64,000 bases of DNA, taken from Octopus bimaculoides (lineage: Eukaryota). Under the pieces are notes generated by a model, which was not told where the DNA came from, ran no database searches, and saw only the letters and a program-made list of their open reading frames with translations. Position numbers and translations under genes: made by a program. This document shows positions 11,481 through 24,500 of this stretch, in pieces (within the stretch, counting starts at the first letter, position 1; every line of letters starts with the position of its first letter). Location: contig NC_068988.1 in the NCBI RefSeq assembly GCF_001194135.2, positions 13,081,404 through 13,145,403 of the forward strand, read 5' to 3'.

Positions 11481-14400
11481 AAATCACGTTACTCAGTGTA
11501 ATTGAACTTCTAGGGAAAATAGGTTTCACTCCAAGACCTCAAGTTAACCTGAGCATTGTGGATGGTCACTGAGGCATGCTGCTGCAGTCCAAGCAAAAGT
11601 TTCAACTGATTGTTGACTTGTGTTATCACACATCAATCCATGATAAGCGTAACATGGTTCACAATTGAATGTACCATGTTATCCCAGGTCAATGATGAAT
11701 GAATCTGTGATAAATGAAGGTAGATGTACTTGTTCAGTTAATCCTAATCTAGCAGAGCCATGATCAAAAACATAACAGCTATGATTATTCCATACTGTTT
11801 AAGCAACTATAGTGAATCTATATTATCCAACGTGTCCACTTTATTAAGATAGGTTGTGGTTTGAGGGAGTTTTGGCTGGTGTTTTTAGCATTTTAATTGG
11901 CCATGTGGAGGCTCTTCCTTGGTTTGTATCTTGTTTCTTATTTGTAAATATTGGATTTCTAGGAAAGCTACAACACAATATGGGAGAAATATTATGGTTA
12001 AATGAAATAAATTTGCTTAAATGCCCAATAATTTATTGATTTTATTTATTCAGTTTATGAGGTAGATGAAGAAATTTATTTAGTAACTTTCTTTTTGGTA
12101 AATTAATGGGGAATCTTTTAGAAAATCTAATTTGTTCAATATAATTAATTATATTTAACATCTACCGTGATACATTTTTTTTTTTCAAAATAAAAGAAAT
12201 TAAATTCCCTTTTAATGTATTTAAAATAAATTGCATTCAACTGTAAGTCACTGGATTTAATTATTTTCCTAAGCAAATAGAAATATATTATTACAAATGC
12301 ATATATCTGAAAGCAATAGGTCATTCAACAATTTCAATAACAATATGAATATTACAGTAGCTATGAAGCTAAAACAGAATAACTATTGAATGGAAGGATT
12401 TTTAAATAACAAAGCAATAAACAATATATGTTGTTGTTGCAATAAAGCATCTAAAGATCATGTGAATTCTAAGAATTCAAATGCTTTTTAAAAGTACAAA
12501 CATTGATCCTGTATTGGTAGAATTTAGGATTTTCTGCAGTGCTGTAATCAATAGAAGGTTCTTAGCATAAAACTGGAAACTCATGTTTCTTAAAATAGTA
12601 CTTGCAATACCGAAAACTGGACTCTGCCAGGAAAAACAACTGAAAAAGATAGAACTTCTACTGACATTGAAGTTATTAATTGTAGTTTTTCCTAACTGTG
12701 TTAAGCTGTAGATATTTTTTTCAGTTTTGGTAAGAGAAAATATTAGTGTAGTGAATAAAAGAAGATGAGAACCATTAAACATTTACATAGAAACTACGAT
12801 TTTTATTTCTATGAGTTGATAAATGATAATCTGTTCTGTTTACTTGTAATAATTTTGATGTTGGTTATAGGGTCAAAATACTGTAATACATACAGACTGG
12901 AGTGTAAAGCTAAAACTTTCTTACACTTGTCCCACTCTGTAAAACCCATTACTTTGCTTACTCAGCATACACAGCAGAAAGAGCTATCACATCCTGAGTC
13001 AATGAGAAGCCTCTGTGTAGTTGCTTACCCTACTAGAGATAGCAGCAAAAGCTTCCTGAAATTGCACCCAACCATCTATAAAAATTAAGGATGTTCAGGA
13101 TAATGTAACCCTATGTACACTATGGTTAAAAATAAGATGGGTTGGTCATAGCTGGATTGCTTTTGACTGCAGGTCTTAGTCATCTGTGGATTGGTAGGTT
13201 GAGGGATACAAGTTACATAATCAGTTTTAACCCACAGATAATAAGCAAATTTTCAATTTTGCAAAAACCATCTTCTGCTTCCTCTGTGTTTTTTGGAAAA
13301 TTGTGAGTAAAACAGTTGTAAAAGACAATTATAGTGATTTAAGTGTTAATTGAAACAAATAGAACCTACTATTAATCTATTTGAAGGTTCCATTCTTTTT
13401 CATATTGTCTCTTTTGGTGTTGTCTTTCATGAAATTTTGTTCTTGTTTGCTAATAGTAAATTCATTGAACAGAAATTTGTGGGTTTATTACATCAACTTG
13501 TTTCTGAGAAACTCCTTCATCTCTTGCCAAGACATAGAACATTCTCTATGCAATTTATTGTCTTATTCCAGTGAAACTCCATGTGCTATTAACTGATATT
13601 TCTTGCTTGATATACAAACTGTATTATGATGTCAGCAATTAGCGTGCTAATGTGATGTCATTAAGTCATGATTATTTCTTTCCTTTGACTTACTAGTTGG
13701 TCAATATTGGCCAAGGTTTAGTCCTTATGTGAAGCTGTAGTGAAAGATTGATTTTCGAAAAGTTTCCTGTAAGTTAAATAAGGTTTCTCATGGAGTTCCA
13801 TTTTTAAAATTATTTCTTTCAGTTAATAATAATCACAATATGAATAATAATCAAAATGTTTCTTTAAGAACTATGGCCATTGACATCATAGTTATCAAAT
13901 ATCTTAATAATGTTATTGTATTGATAGTATTTACTAAAATTAGATCTTTCTTCTGTTGCTATTTTCAGTAAGGCCTTCATATCAGGATTAGCTTAAGAAA
14001 GAATAAAATGATATTTTGTCAGGAATTTTCAATAAAACTGGTGAATAAGCTATTTCAGTCATTCATGAAAGAGATGACTCTCATTCTATTTACTCATGAA
14101 AACTTTTGCTAAATTTGTAAATTATTTGGGATCTTTATAGTCCAGGAATTATGCTGATTTTGGAATCCATAAAGCTAATTTTTACTGTTCTTAAAATGCT
14201 TTAGTAGCAATACATGTGGTCCTTTTCTTTTTTCATTTTGGAAAGTGAAGTTGCAGGGCATCAGTAATTTCAATTTAAATGTTAATCTATTTTTGTATGC
14301 TAAAATGGTTTGGACAGGTTTGCAATACAGCAATACAGTGTCTCTCCATTAGTCTCAATTATGTTATCTCTAATGTGAAATCCAGAAGTTTCAAGACTGG

Positions 14401-14663
14401 CTTAATCACCTCTACTAAGTCCTTCATTGTCTAGTTCCATCAAAAGTGCCATATTTCCAGGGTTGTGGAGTTGATATACAAAACCTGATCTGACTCCCCA
14501 ATTTATCGTACCACTGACCTATGAGTCTTGTATTTGTAATGACTCTTTCTTTGATTCAAAGCACACAACAAACAAGGCCACTGTTAATCATCAAGTTACT
14601 TTTTAGTACCATAACCTGTTGAAGTTTGCATTAAAGGTTATAGTTATTTTGTTTATTATAATC

Positions 14664-14870
14664 AAGGCAGAGAGCTGACAGAATCCTTAGTATGCTGAAC
14701 AAATGCTTAGCAGCGTTTCTTTTGGCTTTACATTCTGGGATCAAATGCCACTGAGGTTGACTTTGTCTTTTCGGGTCAATAAAATAAGTACTAGTTGAGC
14801 ACTGGGGTTGATGTGATTGACGTAACCTCTCCCACTAAAATTGCTGGTTTTGTGAAAAATTTGAATCTGT
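14664..14870 (+). mobile_element. SINE family S2
   Basis: aaggcagagagctgacagaatccttag...aaatgccactgaggttgactttgtc...aataaaataagtactag...gctggttttgtgaaaaatttgaa. Confidence 0.75.
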
Positions 14871-15338
14871 TATTTATTAAGTTACTCACAATTAAGTCAA
14901 AACATTCAAAATTAAAAACAAAGTGGCTACTTTTATTAAGACTATTAAATAAAAGTTGATGTAAAAGAAATAAACTATAAAAATATGATAAAAAGAAAAT
15001 GAAGAACATGTTTGTTCATCAATTCAAAACTCTAAAGTACATAAAAGTTAAAACGACGAGGTTGAACACCTAAAGCAATTTAAAGACTGTTTTAAAAGAA
15101 ATAGAATCAATTAGATACATACTTTTCAAGATTTAAAGCATTGTTTGGATATAAAAATGTGCCTGATTATGAAAGATTACATTAAATGAAATAATTATAT
15201 TGTAAAAGACTGAAAAATTTTGTTCAACTCTATAGAAACATTGTATTTTTGAGTTAAATAAAGAAAATCAAAATTCCAAATTCACTAACATCTTAATGGA
15301 ATTACTTCTACTAGATCCTCCTTCATAGGAGTCCTTAA

Positions 15339-15559
15339 CCCTTTTGATGCCAACCCACCTGTGACCACCTCTGTTTCTATGAAAGAAACTTCCAATTTTA
15401 AAGTGATTGAAATTTAAAACCTTGCATCAAAATTTCATGTTCATTTATGTTCTCAACATTAGCTTAATCGTGGCAGTTATTTCACTAAATTCTTCTCTAG
15501 TTTAGAAATTAATTGAAATGAACAGTGTGTATTTCAACAGAAATATGTTAATGAAAGGG
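15339..15559. mobile_element. piggyBac-type MITE
   Basis: TTAA|CCCTTTT...AAAGGG|TTAT: CCCTTT termini with TTAA target site (one side mutated). Confidence 0.65.
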
Positions 15560-15997
15560 TTATATCTGATTTGATTTCGGTGCAAAATTGCTCTCAACTC
15601 TGATTTTGTAGTCCTGCATATTTCATTTCTTTCTGTTTGGTGATTTATTTCCTTTAGCTGTTGCTACACATGAGATCCACTTCCTCTCTAAGGATACTTA
15701 TAAATCAAATCAAATTCATTTTTTAATTTTTACCATCAAGAGATTTTATATAGAGAGATTAATATTTTTTTCTATTCCTTCATGTAAAATATATAACATC
15801 CTTGTAATCTAATCTGCTTGTGCTAGTTCATGGAAATAGTAGTGAATCTCTCTAAACATTTTTAAATTCATCATCTTTCATTGTTGGTCATTATCTTGAA
15901 TATTAGACATTGAACAAAGTGGTATCACCTCAACTGTAGGAACAGTATTCCATATTGGGAAATATTTTACTTTGAGAAATGTTACAAAGGATATGGT

Positions 15998-16208
15998 AAA
16001 GGTAGCAAACTGGCTGATTGGTTAACATGCTGACAAAATACTAAGCAGCATTTCATCTATGTTCTCAGTTCAAATTCCACCAAGGTTGACTTTGCCTTTC
16101 ATCTTTTTGGGGTTGACAAAAATAAGTACCAGTCAAGTACTGGAGTTGATGTTATCAACTTATCCCCTCCCCAAAATAGCTGGCCTTGTGCCAAAATTTG
16201 AAACTAAT
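15998..16208 (+). mobile_element. SINE family S2
   Basis: aaggtagcaaactggctga...cagttcaaattccaccaaggttgactttgcctttcatc...aataagtaccag...ggccttgtgccaaaatttgaaac. Confidence 0.8.
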
Positions 16209-17153
16209 ATTTCACTAGCCATCATATACATAAAGTGAAGCAGAAAGTTTAAGGAAGTTTAGTAGATGTGATATCAAAGTTGCCAGCTAGAATACAAACA
16301 AAATTTCATGATGCATTAGGTCCTGGGGATATAATGTCTGATGTTAAATGAATCAATTGAATCAGTAATCCCCAAAAAGGCATGACCAAAACAACAGTGC
16401 CAAAACGTTCCCTACCCTTCTGTAGAATGATCATAGACTATGCTGTTCATTTAAGCCATAAAAAAACATATGAATATATACATGTAGATGCACATGCTTG
16501 TATCTGTTTATACACTATTTAAAAATTTGAAAAAGAAAACTATTTAGTTACAAATTTTTTATCAATAATAAACCAGCCAAACCATATAATTATCATTTCT
16601 AGGTAATTAATGTTTCTATGAGGTGAATTCGGCAGTGGCTCGTTGACTTCTCATAGGGAAACAAGTGTGAACTCAGAGGTAGGCGCAACTTTACGTATGT
16701 AGTAGCTGGTAGGTACTTTATAATAATAAATTCTTCCTTTTATTCTCTGAGCAAAGTGTGCATGACGAATAAGTTAAAAACCTTTAGTGATCATGTGAGT
16801 TTCTTCCAGAGATCACCCTGCTTAAGAAATGATTTGATTAATAACTTATTGTTCTCTGTTTTTTATTTGTCTTTTTAACTATATGGTGTGTGTGTGTATG
16901 CACTCACACATATAGTATAAAAAGAAAGAATGCATACTTCATATTTATATACACATATCAACAAACCTATTCTAACTATGTCAATGTATGAGTGGATAGG
17001 TGACTTTGAAAGTGAAGATTAAACAGATTAAAATAAAACCATTGCTTTCACATCATCAAACAACAAGTTGATATTTATGTAAGTGTTCAAGTGGTACTAT
17101 TCAAAGTATGTGTGTGTGTGTCTGTCTGTGTTTATACACACATGTATGGGTGT

Positions 17154-17603
17154 AGGTGCAGGCATGGCTGTGTGGTAAGGAGTTTGCTTCCCAATAACAT
17201 AGGTCCATGTTCTGTCCCTCTGTGTGGCACCTTGGGCAAGTGTTTTCCACTACAGACCCAGGCCAACCAAAGTCTAGTGAGTTGATTTGGTGGATGGAAA
17301 CAGAGCGACTCTTTGCTCTTTACTCTTTTACTTGTTTGTCATTTGACTGCGGCCATGCTGGAGCACCACCTTTAGTCAAGAAAATCAACCCCAGGACTTA
17401 TTCTTTGTAAGCCTAGTACTTATTCTATCAGTCTCTTTTGCTGAACCACTAAGTTTCGGGGACGTAAACACACCAGCATCGGTTGTCAAGTGATATTGGG
17501 GGATAAACACAGACACACACACATATATATACATATACATATATATATGATGAGCTTTTTTCAGTTTCCGTCTACCAAATCCACTCACAAGACTTTGGTC
17601 GGC
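17154..17603. mobile_element. S1 head (+, 17154-17305) abutting a minus-strand S1 copy (17306-17603) that runs into a gap
   Basis: aggtgcaggcatggctgtgtggtaagg... followed by tactcttttacttg...catttgactgcggccatgctggagcacc...ccactcacaagactttggtcggc then N. Confidence 0.85.
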
Positions 17604-17703
17604 NNNNNNNNNNNNNNNNNNNNNNNNNNNNNNNNNNNNNNNNNNNNNNNNNNNNNNNNNNNNNNNNNNNNNNNNNNNNNNNNNNNNNNNNNNNNNNNNN
17701 NNN
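17604..17703. other. Assembly gap (100 N)
   Basis: Run of N inside a SINE/microsatellite; other gaps at 32488-32849, 55601-55610 and 62467-62476. Confidence 0.99.
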
Positions 17704-18299
17704 GTGTGTGTTTGTATATATGTATGCATATATATATATATGCATGTGTGTGTGTGTGTGTGAGTATGTATCTGTTTGTATATATTTGAGTGTGCATGAA
17801 TGAGTACATATATATAAATATGTGTGTGTGTTGACCTATTATCAAAAGGGCTTCGATCATGACCATTTTGGGTTTCTTTTAAGGCATAGAGTATCTATGA
17901 CTTCTTTATATGCGTCCTTTTTTAATGTAGCATGTGATTTGAGGGAGAGATAAGTGGTTGTTCTTTGTATGTCGAGAGCTACCGCATTGTCACCCTCTTA
18001 GAGACTCGTGATTTAGTATATGTGTGTGTGTTTGTAGTTTGTTTATAGGTGTGTTCTTATATGTAAATCAGTTTGTGTTTGTAATGTGTGTTTGTGTGCA
18101 AGTATTTAATATGTAACACATTCATGTGATGATGCATACTCGCATTTACACATATATCGATGTACCTATTCATTTCTACAATTGCTTACAAACAACGTCC
18201 CTCCCCCACTCTCGTATTTGTTTATAATCGCAATGATCAACAAGTATAACTTTTAAAAGCAATTTTTCTTTTTATATTATTGTAAATTTACGCTGATGC

Positions 18300-18850
18300 A
18301 TTTTTCTTTTCCAATGATTGATACACTGCGCTTTCTACTGTAGTAGAGCGGGACAATTTCATGAGGAATCAGCTTGTCTTCTGCTACTATTTTGTGACTA
18401 TAGAATATTACAATGTGCTGTTCGAAGAGGCGGGGATTAGATTGTTTAATTATATGCAGTTTATATTTTTAAAGCATGTAAATTTATTATCTTTCTTTCA
18501 TATAAATTTATTTCAATAAATTGAAAGTTTGATCATATTTCTTTCATTTCTGTTTTCTTTCTTTCTGCCTTGTTTTTACTGTTTTGATTCCCTCCTATAC
18601 AAACACCACCTTGATCAACTACAAATGTTTCCACTTGTTGGTGGAAGGAGATCCCACCCATCTCTATCCTAAATTTCGTCTTTTCTCTCTATCCTGTTTC
18701 TGTCACTCTATTTCATTGATTTATTGCATTCTTGAAAAGTGTTCGTTCGTTCGTTCCAAGCATCCTCCCCACAGACCAGAATCTCAGCTCGGTCACCGTA
18801 TATCTCTATTTTCGCCGACACCCTACCTACTAATTTTTCTTATTTAGACC
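18300..18850 (+). promoter_or_regulatory. Candidate promoter and 5' UTR within a CpG-retaining island
   Basis: CCAAT at 18311, GC-box-like GAGCGGGAC near 18345 and GAGGCGGGGA at 18427-18436; repeat-free, CpG-containing unique sequence upstream of a candidate ATG exon. Confidence 0.3.
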
Positions 18851-19120
18851 GAGACATGTGCTAAGAACTGCTCAAAAAGCTAAACTGACTGATCCTCAGA
18901 ATTATTCAAACACCTCTCTGTACATTTTCTATGTTTTTAACCATCACCAAGTAGCAAGTGTGCCAGCCATCATTCATTGCTAATCAGATCAAGTGTTGGG
19001 TATAACTTTGAACTACTGACTGCCGCTTATAACTAACTTCCATCACAACTGCGTTGTCTCTTCATGCCGATTGTTGAATAGTCAAATTTTGCCCTTTAGT
19101 TAACGGTGTATTTCTCAAAA

Positions 19121-19198
19121 ATGTTACCTATGGATACTTCAACTCTTCCAGCTATGGTGCAGAAGCCTGCAACACTTCTGGGAAATAAGCTTTTTCAG
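19121..19198 (+). CDS. Candidate first or alternative coding exon (MLPMDTSTLPAMVQKPATLLGNKLFQ)
   Basis: aaaaATG context, 26 open codons, ends at CAG|GTATTA; an upstream acceptor gccctttag|19100 would give a symmetric 99-nt exon. No homology recognised. Confidence 0.3.
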
Positions 19199-20017
19199 GT
19201 ATTAGAAAAAAAAAAAATTTTTTAAAATTTTGTTAACATTACTTTCACTTTATATGTCGTGATATTGATTGACAGTATCTCCGAAAAGCTTGTCATTCAT
19301 TCAGTGTCAACCCTTCCTCAACCCTTATACTACTTCCTCTGTTTCCGCCTCCTTATAATTTGCTTGTCATTTCAATTTTTTGTTGTGTTGACTCTCTCAT
19401 TTGTGTATATATGTATCACTACCTCTCACCTCCTTTCACTTTCTCTTATCTCATTGCTCCCTCTCGTGTAGTTAGCAGCACTAAAAAAAGCTTCACTTCA
19501 ACGTCACTTGATTCATCTCTTTTACCTTAGAGTGAATTAGTTATTTGTATATACCTTTGCGAGAGATTTTACTGTCTGCTTTTCTAAATTCCAGATATTC
19601 TTAATTTATTTCTTTAGAACTGATAACGAGAACTTTATAATTAATTAGCTCATTAAGGCAATAATATCATGAATAAAATCTCAGTGATCCGTGCTATAAA
19701 TAACAAACCAACAGTTAGAGTGATTCTTTGTTTTTATAAGAAAGAAATGTTTGTTTCTAATTATTCATTTTGCAAAAACTGTTTTTGTTTGTATGTGGGG
19801 GAGGTATATTATATTTAGAAAAAGAAATAATATATTCATTTAAAATTACTGGAATTGCATAGCGTTTGTTTCATTTATTTATAAAATTATCTGTCGGTAT
19901 ATATAAAATACGTTGAGTATGTGTATGTTTTTATATATTTATGTATATAAAATGTTTAATGTAGATATTACCTTACGTTTTCCCTTACACTTAGTAACTG
20001 AAACAGACGAATATATA

Positions 20018-20061
<44 letters not shown>

Positions 20062-20429
20062 GTGCTGACTTATTTATAGTGAGACATGTTTTAAAAACAA
20101 TTTTCTGTGGTATAAGATAAACTTTATTTAAAATGTATCACATGAATAATGGTTTACATTATTTGCATTAGCATAATAGAGTGATAACTTAATAAATGGA
20201 CCCAGGTGAAGGACCTGTTAATCGCACAACGATATTGGTGGAATATATACCACGCGCGCGCACGACTGTATATGTGTATTCTATAAATAGAAATTTTCGT
20301 TACATGAATATAGGAAGAGAAAATTGGAAGATGATGTTGTATAACATGTAATGTATAACAATTAAATGTGTAGTAACTTTAACCTATACATGCATAAAAA
20401 AAATTGTTCTAAAAGCTAGGCATTTAGAA

Positions 20430-20448
20430 TGGTGCAGTGTGTGCGTGC

Positions 20449-20546
<98 letters not shown>

Positions 20547-20810
20547 ATATATGTGTGTGTATATATGTGTGTATATATGTGTGTGTGCATATATACGTGT
20601 ACGTGTGTGTATATGTGTGTGTATATACGTGTATGTGTGTGCATATTTGTGTGTATATGTATGCATATATATGTACGTGTGTGTATATGTACGTGTGTGT
20701 ATATATGTATGTGTATATATGTATGTATGTGTATATATGTATGTGTGTGTGTATATATATATGTATATGTGTGTGTGTGCGTGTCTATATCTGTGTGAGT
20801 GTGTGTGTAT
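20430..20810. repeat. Compound (TA)/(TG) microsatellite
   Basis: Directly visible; source of the V/C/Y/I and H/T/Y pseudo-ORFs. Confidence 0.97.
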
Positions 20811-21329
20811 TTTCATTCAATTTGTTGAATGGAATCTTGACAGTGCATAAAAAAACTCTTTCCTTAATTTCATGCAACTCTCAAATGACGAGCACGTGAA
20901 ATTATCTTGTCGAAAGTTCAACTCCAACACAAATTCTTCTCTAATTTCTAAATTCTTCGTATTCATGAAGAATTTTCAAAATTGGATACATTTGTCTGTG
21001 ATGAATAGAATCTTAAACTCTAGTTGTCATCTTTTCCCGTAATAATTGGAATGGTTCAGCTATCAAGCTAACCAGAAGATCGCATTTTACCACCGATTAT
21101 CACACGTTCTATTCCGATCAGTCTCAGATATGTTTAAAATTGAATTATGATCAAGGTTTTTACTGTTTTCGTTTTCGGAGATGCTAATTTTGTCGTTTAT
21201 TGTCAAAATGCATTTTATAAAAATTTTTTATTCTTTATACACACTCATTTCCGCGAAGAAAATACGTGCACGTTATGAAGCAAGTGTCACAATTCTATTT
21301 TTCAAAAGCAATTTTAACTTGTCATACAT

Positions 21330-21692
21330 TTTTGTATGTGTATATATGTGTGTATACGTGTGTGTGTGTATGTGTGTGTATATGTGTATGTGTGTGTATG
21401 TGTGTATATATATGTATGTGTGTGTACGTGTGTATATATGTGTGTGTATATATATGTATGTGTGCGTGCATGTATGTGTGTATATATATGTATGTGTGCG
21501 TGCATGTATGTGTATATATGTATGTGTGTATGTGTTTGTGTGTATATGTGTGTGTGTATATGTGTGTGTATATATGTATGTGTATATATGTATGTGTATA
21601 TATGTGTGTGTATATATGTGTGTGTATATGTGTGAGTGTGTATATATGTGCGTGTGCGTGTATGTACACACATGCATATTTATAGACACATT

Positions 21693-21730
<38 letters not shown>

Positions 21731-21760
21731 CATACATTCACACACACACACACACATATC
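21330..21760. repeat. Compound (TG)/(TA)/(CA) microsatellite
   Basis: Directly visible. Confidence 0.97.
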
Positions 21761-21779
21761 TGCCACTGTTCACAACCCT

Positions 21780-22255
21780 CCGCTCCACTTACACCCTGAA
21801 CATCATCTCTCTACTTTCTGATCTATCTTCAGATTTATGATGCTGTTGCTCTTCACAATTCTTATGCCACTGCTTGCCATATCTCCCCCTCTTGTATTCC
21901 TCTCACCTCCTCCCTCCGTAATGATATTTATCATCAACCCCATTTCTAACTGTTCACCACTCACTACATCAACCTCTAGCCCCCATCTCGAACCATCTGT
22001 CATCCTCCTCCCACACTCTTATGAAATTGTCCACTTCCACCCTTTCCCCTTCAAGATCTGTTATCTATATACTCCCTTATATTCACCTTCTGGTACCTTG
22101 AGAGTATGCTCTGGGACCTCATCGCTACCATCTTTATCTCCCTTCCATCTACTCTCACCCATGCTTACATAATGTGAGGTAGCCATGTATCTCCTCTGTA
22201 GCAAGACACTGGTGCCCAATCTATCCAGCATGGAAAATGGATGTTAAATTGTGGT
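21780..22255 (+). mobile_element. Unclassified pyrimidine-rich interspersed repeat ending in an RTE-like tail
   Basis: Shares blocks with 24040-24500 (catctc.ctactttctgatcta; gtaccttgagagt.tgctctgg.acctcat..ctaccatctt); ends ccagcatggaaaatggatgttaaa. Confidence 0.55.
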
Positions 22256-22256
22256 G

Positions 22257-22296
<40 letters not shown>

Positions 22297-22309
22297 TATA
22301 AGTTCAAAA

Positions 22310-22505
22310 AAAGACAAACAATAACGAAAAAACAACAAAGTGAGGACGTGATACGGATAGTGTTATTAGACACTCGGGAAAGGAAAGAGAGAGAGTATGA
22401 CGTTTCGGGCGGAGCCCTTCGTCGGAAAGACGGAAAGTTCAAAGAATGGAAAAACGGAGGAAGAAAAAATCGGCACCGATGCCCACGAGGTTACATTGTG
22501 GAAAT
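22310..22505 (-). mobile_element. Short Penelope-associated (pLTR or retrozyme-like) repeat carrying a hammerhead-like motif
   Basis: Purine-rich insert between two (TA)n runs; minus strand contains ccgacga-a-gggc-tcc-gccc-gaaa-cgtc. Confidence 0.45.
22399..22425 (-). ncRNA. Minimal type I hammerhead-ribozyme-like core (variant)
   Basis: CCGACGA (CUGANGA with U4C), extra A, stem II GGGC/GCCC with 3-nt loop, GAAA, palindromic ACGT stem III, GUC cleavage triplet; stem I is weak (uuu/aua). Confidence 0.4.
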
Positions 22506-22844
22506 ATATATATATATATATATATACATATATATGTACGTGAGTTGTCTAAGAGACCATAAGTCAAGGAAATGTCAGGGCAGATCCTCAAGGTAAGAGC
22601 TAAAAGCTGACAAGAGAACAAGGAGTGTGCATTCACTGTACTCATCCTTCAGCTCCACCCAATCTCTACAGTCATCACCTACTCTCCCCTACCTTCCCTC
22701 TATTTATCATCAACACTCCTTGAGGGTCCACCATTGAACTTCATCAACACTATTATCTCGCTTTCCAATCCCATCTTGGTTACTTCCACTCATTCTTCGA
22801 TGATGTGAGTAGCATTATAGCTGTTCTCTAGTGAGAAACCCATT

Positions 22845-23135
22845 TTGTTCTTACCCCTTTTCATAGTTATTGCTTAGCAGAGAGTTTCTTCCTCTACAAT
22901 AGCCACACTCAGTTGAAAATCTTATTTTTGTGAGCTTCATAGTGACTTCACTAGTGCTGGAATCAGGAGAGAAAGCAACCAATATGGTCTGTGAAATGGT
23001 TGGCATTAGGAAGGGCACCCGGCAATAGAAACTATGCCAAAACAGAGATTGCAACACAATGCAGTTCTCAGGCCTGTCAGATACTGCCAGTTATCTGAAA
23101 CCATTCCAGTATGGAAGTTGAATGATAATGATGTC
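22845..23135 (+). mobile_element. RTE-tail-derived short repeat
   Basis: atggttggcattaggaagggcacccggcaatagaaac...ccagtatggaagttgaatgataatgatg matches the RTE 3' end module. Confidence 0.6.
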
Positions 23136-23261
23136 TATATATGTGTATATATATATATGCGTGTGTGTGTATGCATGTATGTGTGCATGTGTGTTTATAA
23201 ATGTATACGTAGCTGTATAGTTATGTTAGTGTGTGTATATATGTATATTTGTGTGTGTGTG

Positions 23262-23310
<49 letters not shown>

Positions 23311-23420
23311 TTATGTATATGTGTGTGTGTGTTTGTGTATGTATGTGTGTTTGTATATGTGTGTGTGTGTGTGTGTGTTTGTATATATATATATATATGC
23401 GTATTTTTGTTTATATATAT
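23130..23420. repeat. Compound (TG)/(TA) microsatellite
   Basis: Directly visible. Confidence 0.95.
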
Positions 23421-24039
23421 ATTGGCAATCCAATGATTTATTTATATTATATTACATGATATACTATGAATGTAATATAACATAATATTATATAACATAA
23501 GCAATTATTAAAAAAAGGAAACCTAAAAGGCCAACAAATTGTTTCGACTTATAAACATTTTCTGATATGCATTCACAATAATAGTTCCCTTTAAACCATG
23601 ACCCTGAAGTGACATATATATAAGGGAACTGCTATTGTATTTGTATAGCAGAAAATGTATAAATACTGATTGTAGCAGCCAAGCAGTGCCTTAGTGAGAA
23701 AAGGGATGAATATTAAGAGGATGAAATATGGAGACAACTTGATAGGCAACAATGTAAGGCACTGCTTGGCTGTTATAATCACTATATAATTTCATCCCCT
23801 ATTTTTTGTGCTACCAGTTCCCTCCTTCTTCCTCTGGAACCACTTCCTATTAACTTCCGTACCTTATTCTCATTATCATCCCTTCCCACACTATCTTTCA
23901 CTGATCACCCTCTTTTTGTGCCTTTAGTTATTTCTCCTTCATAAGTCTGTCATGCCATATCTTTTAATACCCCTGATATGTTATCAATTTCAACATATCT
24001 GTGATCGATCCCACCCCACTATTTTACCCCACTCACTAT

Positions 24040-24500
24040 AGCCACTCTTATGTACTTCTCACCTCCATCTCTATCACTATATTTTACCCTCTTTCACCTC
24101 ATTATTACACCCGGCACATCATCTCCCTACTTTCTGATCTACTTACAGGTTGCTATTTGTCACTACCTCCTTCCTGAGCCACTTCTATATCTCTCTCTTC
24201 ATCTCCATCATGTTACATCAACCACACCCCCAAGCTTGTTCACTAACAACATTCACCAGTACCCCCATCTCTAACCATCTCTTACGCTCTTCTCGTACTT
24301 TTTGGAAATTACCCAGCCTCTACTTCCCCATTGATTCACTGTCTATATTCTGTCATATATTCACTTTCTTGTACCTTGAGAGTTTGCTCTGGAACCTCAT
24401 GACTACCATCTTCTTTCCAGCTACTCCTACCCTTATATAATGTGGGACATCCAGGTATCTCTTCTATAGTTAAACCCCTGTGCTTGTCTCTCTTTCATAC
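24040..24500 (+). mobile_element. Second diverged copy of the pyrimidine-rich repeat at 21780-22255
   Basis: Collinear shared blocks as listed for the first copy. Confidence 0.55.

Noticed and set aside
17154-17305. SINE heads as tRNA genes
   Set aside because: A/B-box-like motifs are present, but there is no cloverleaf and each continues into a SINE body.
20384-23485. Long ORFs rich in V/C/Y/I/M or H/T/Y
   Set aside because: Translations of (TG)/(TA)/(CA) microsatellites, open in several frames on both strands.
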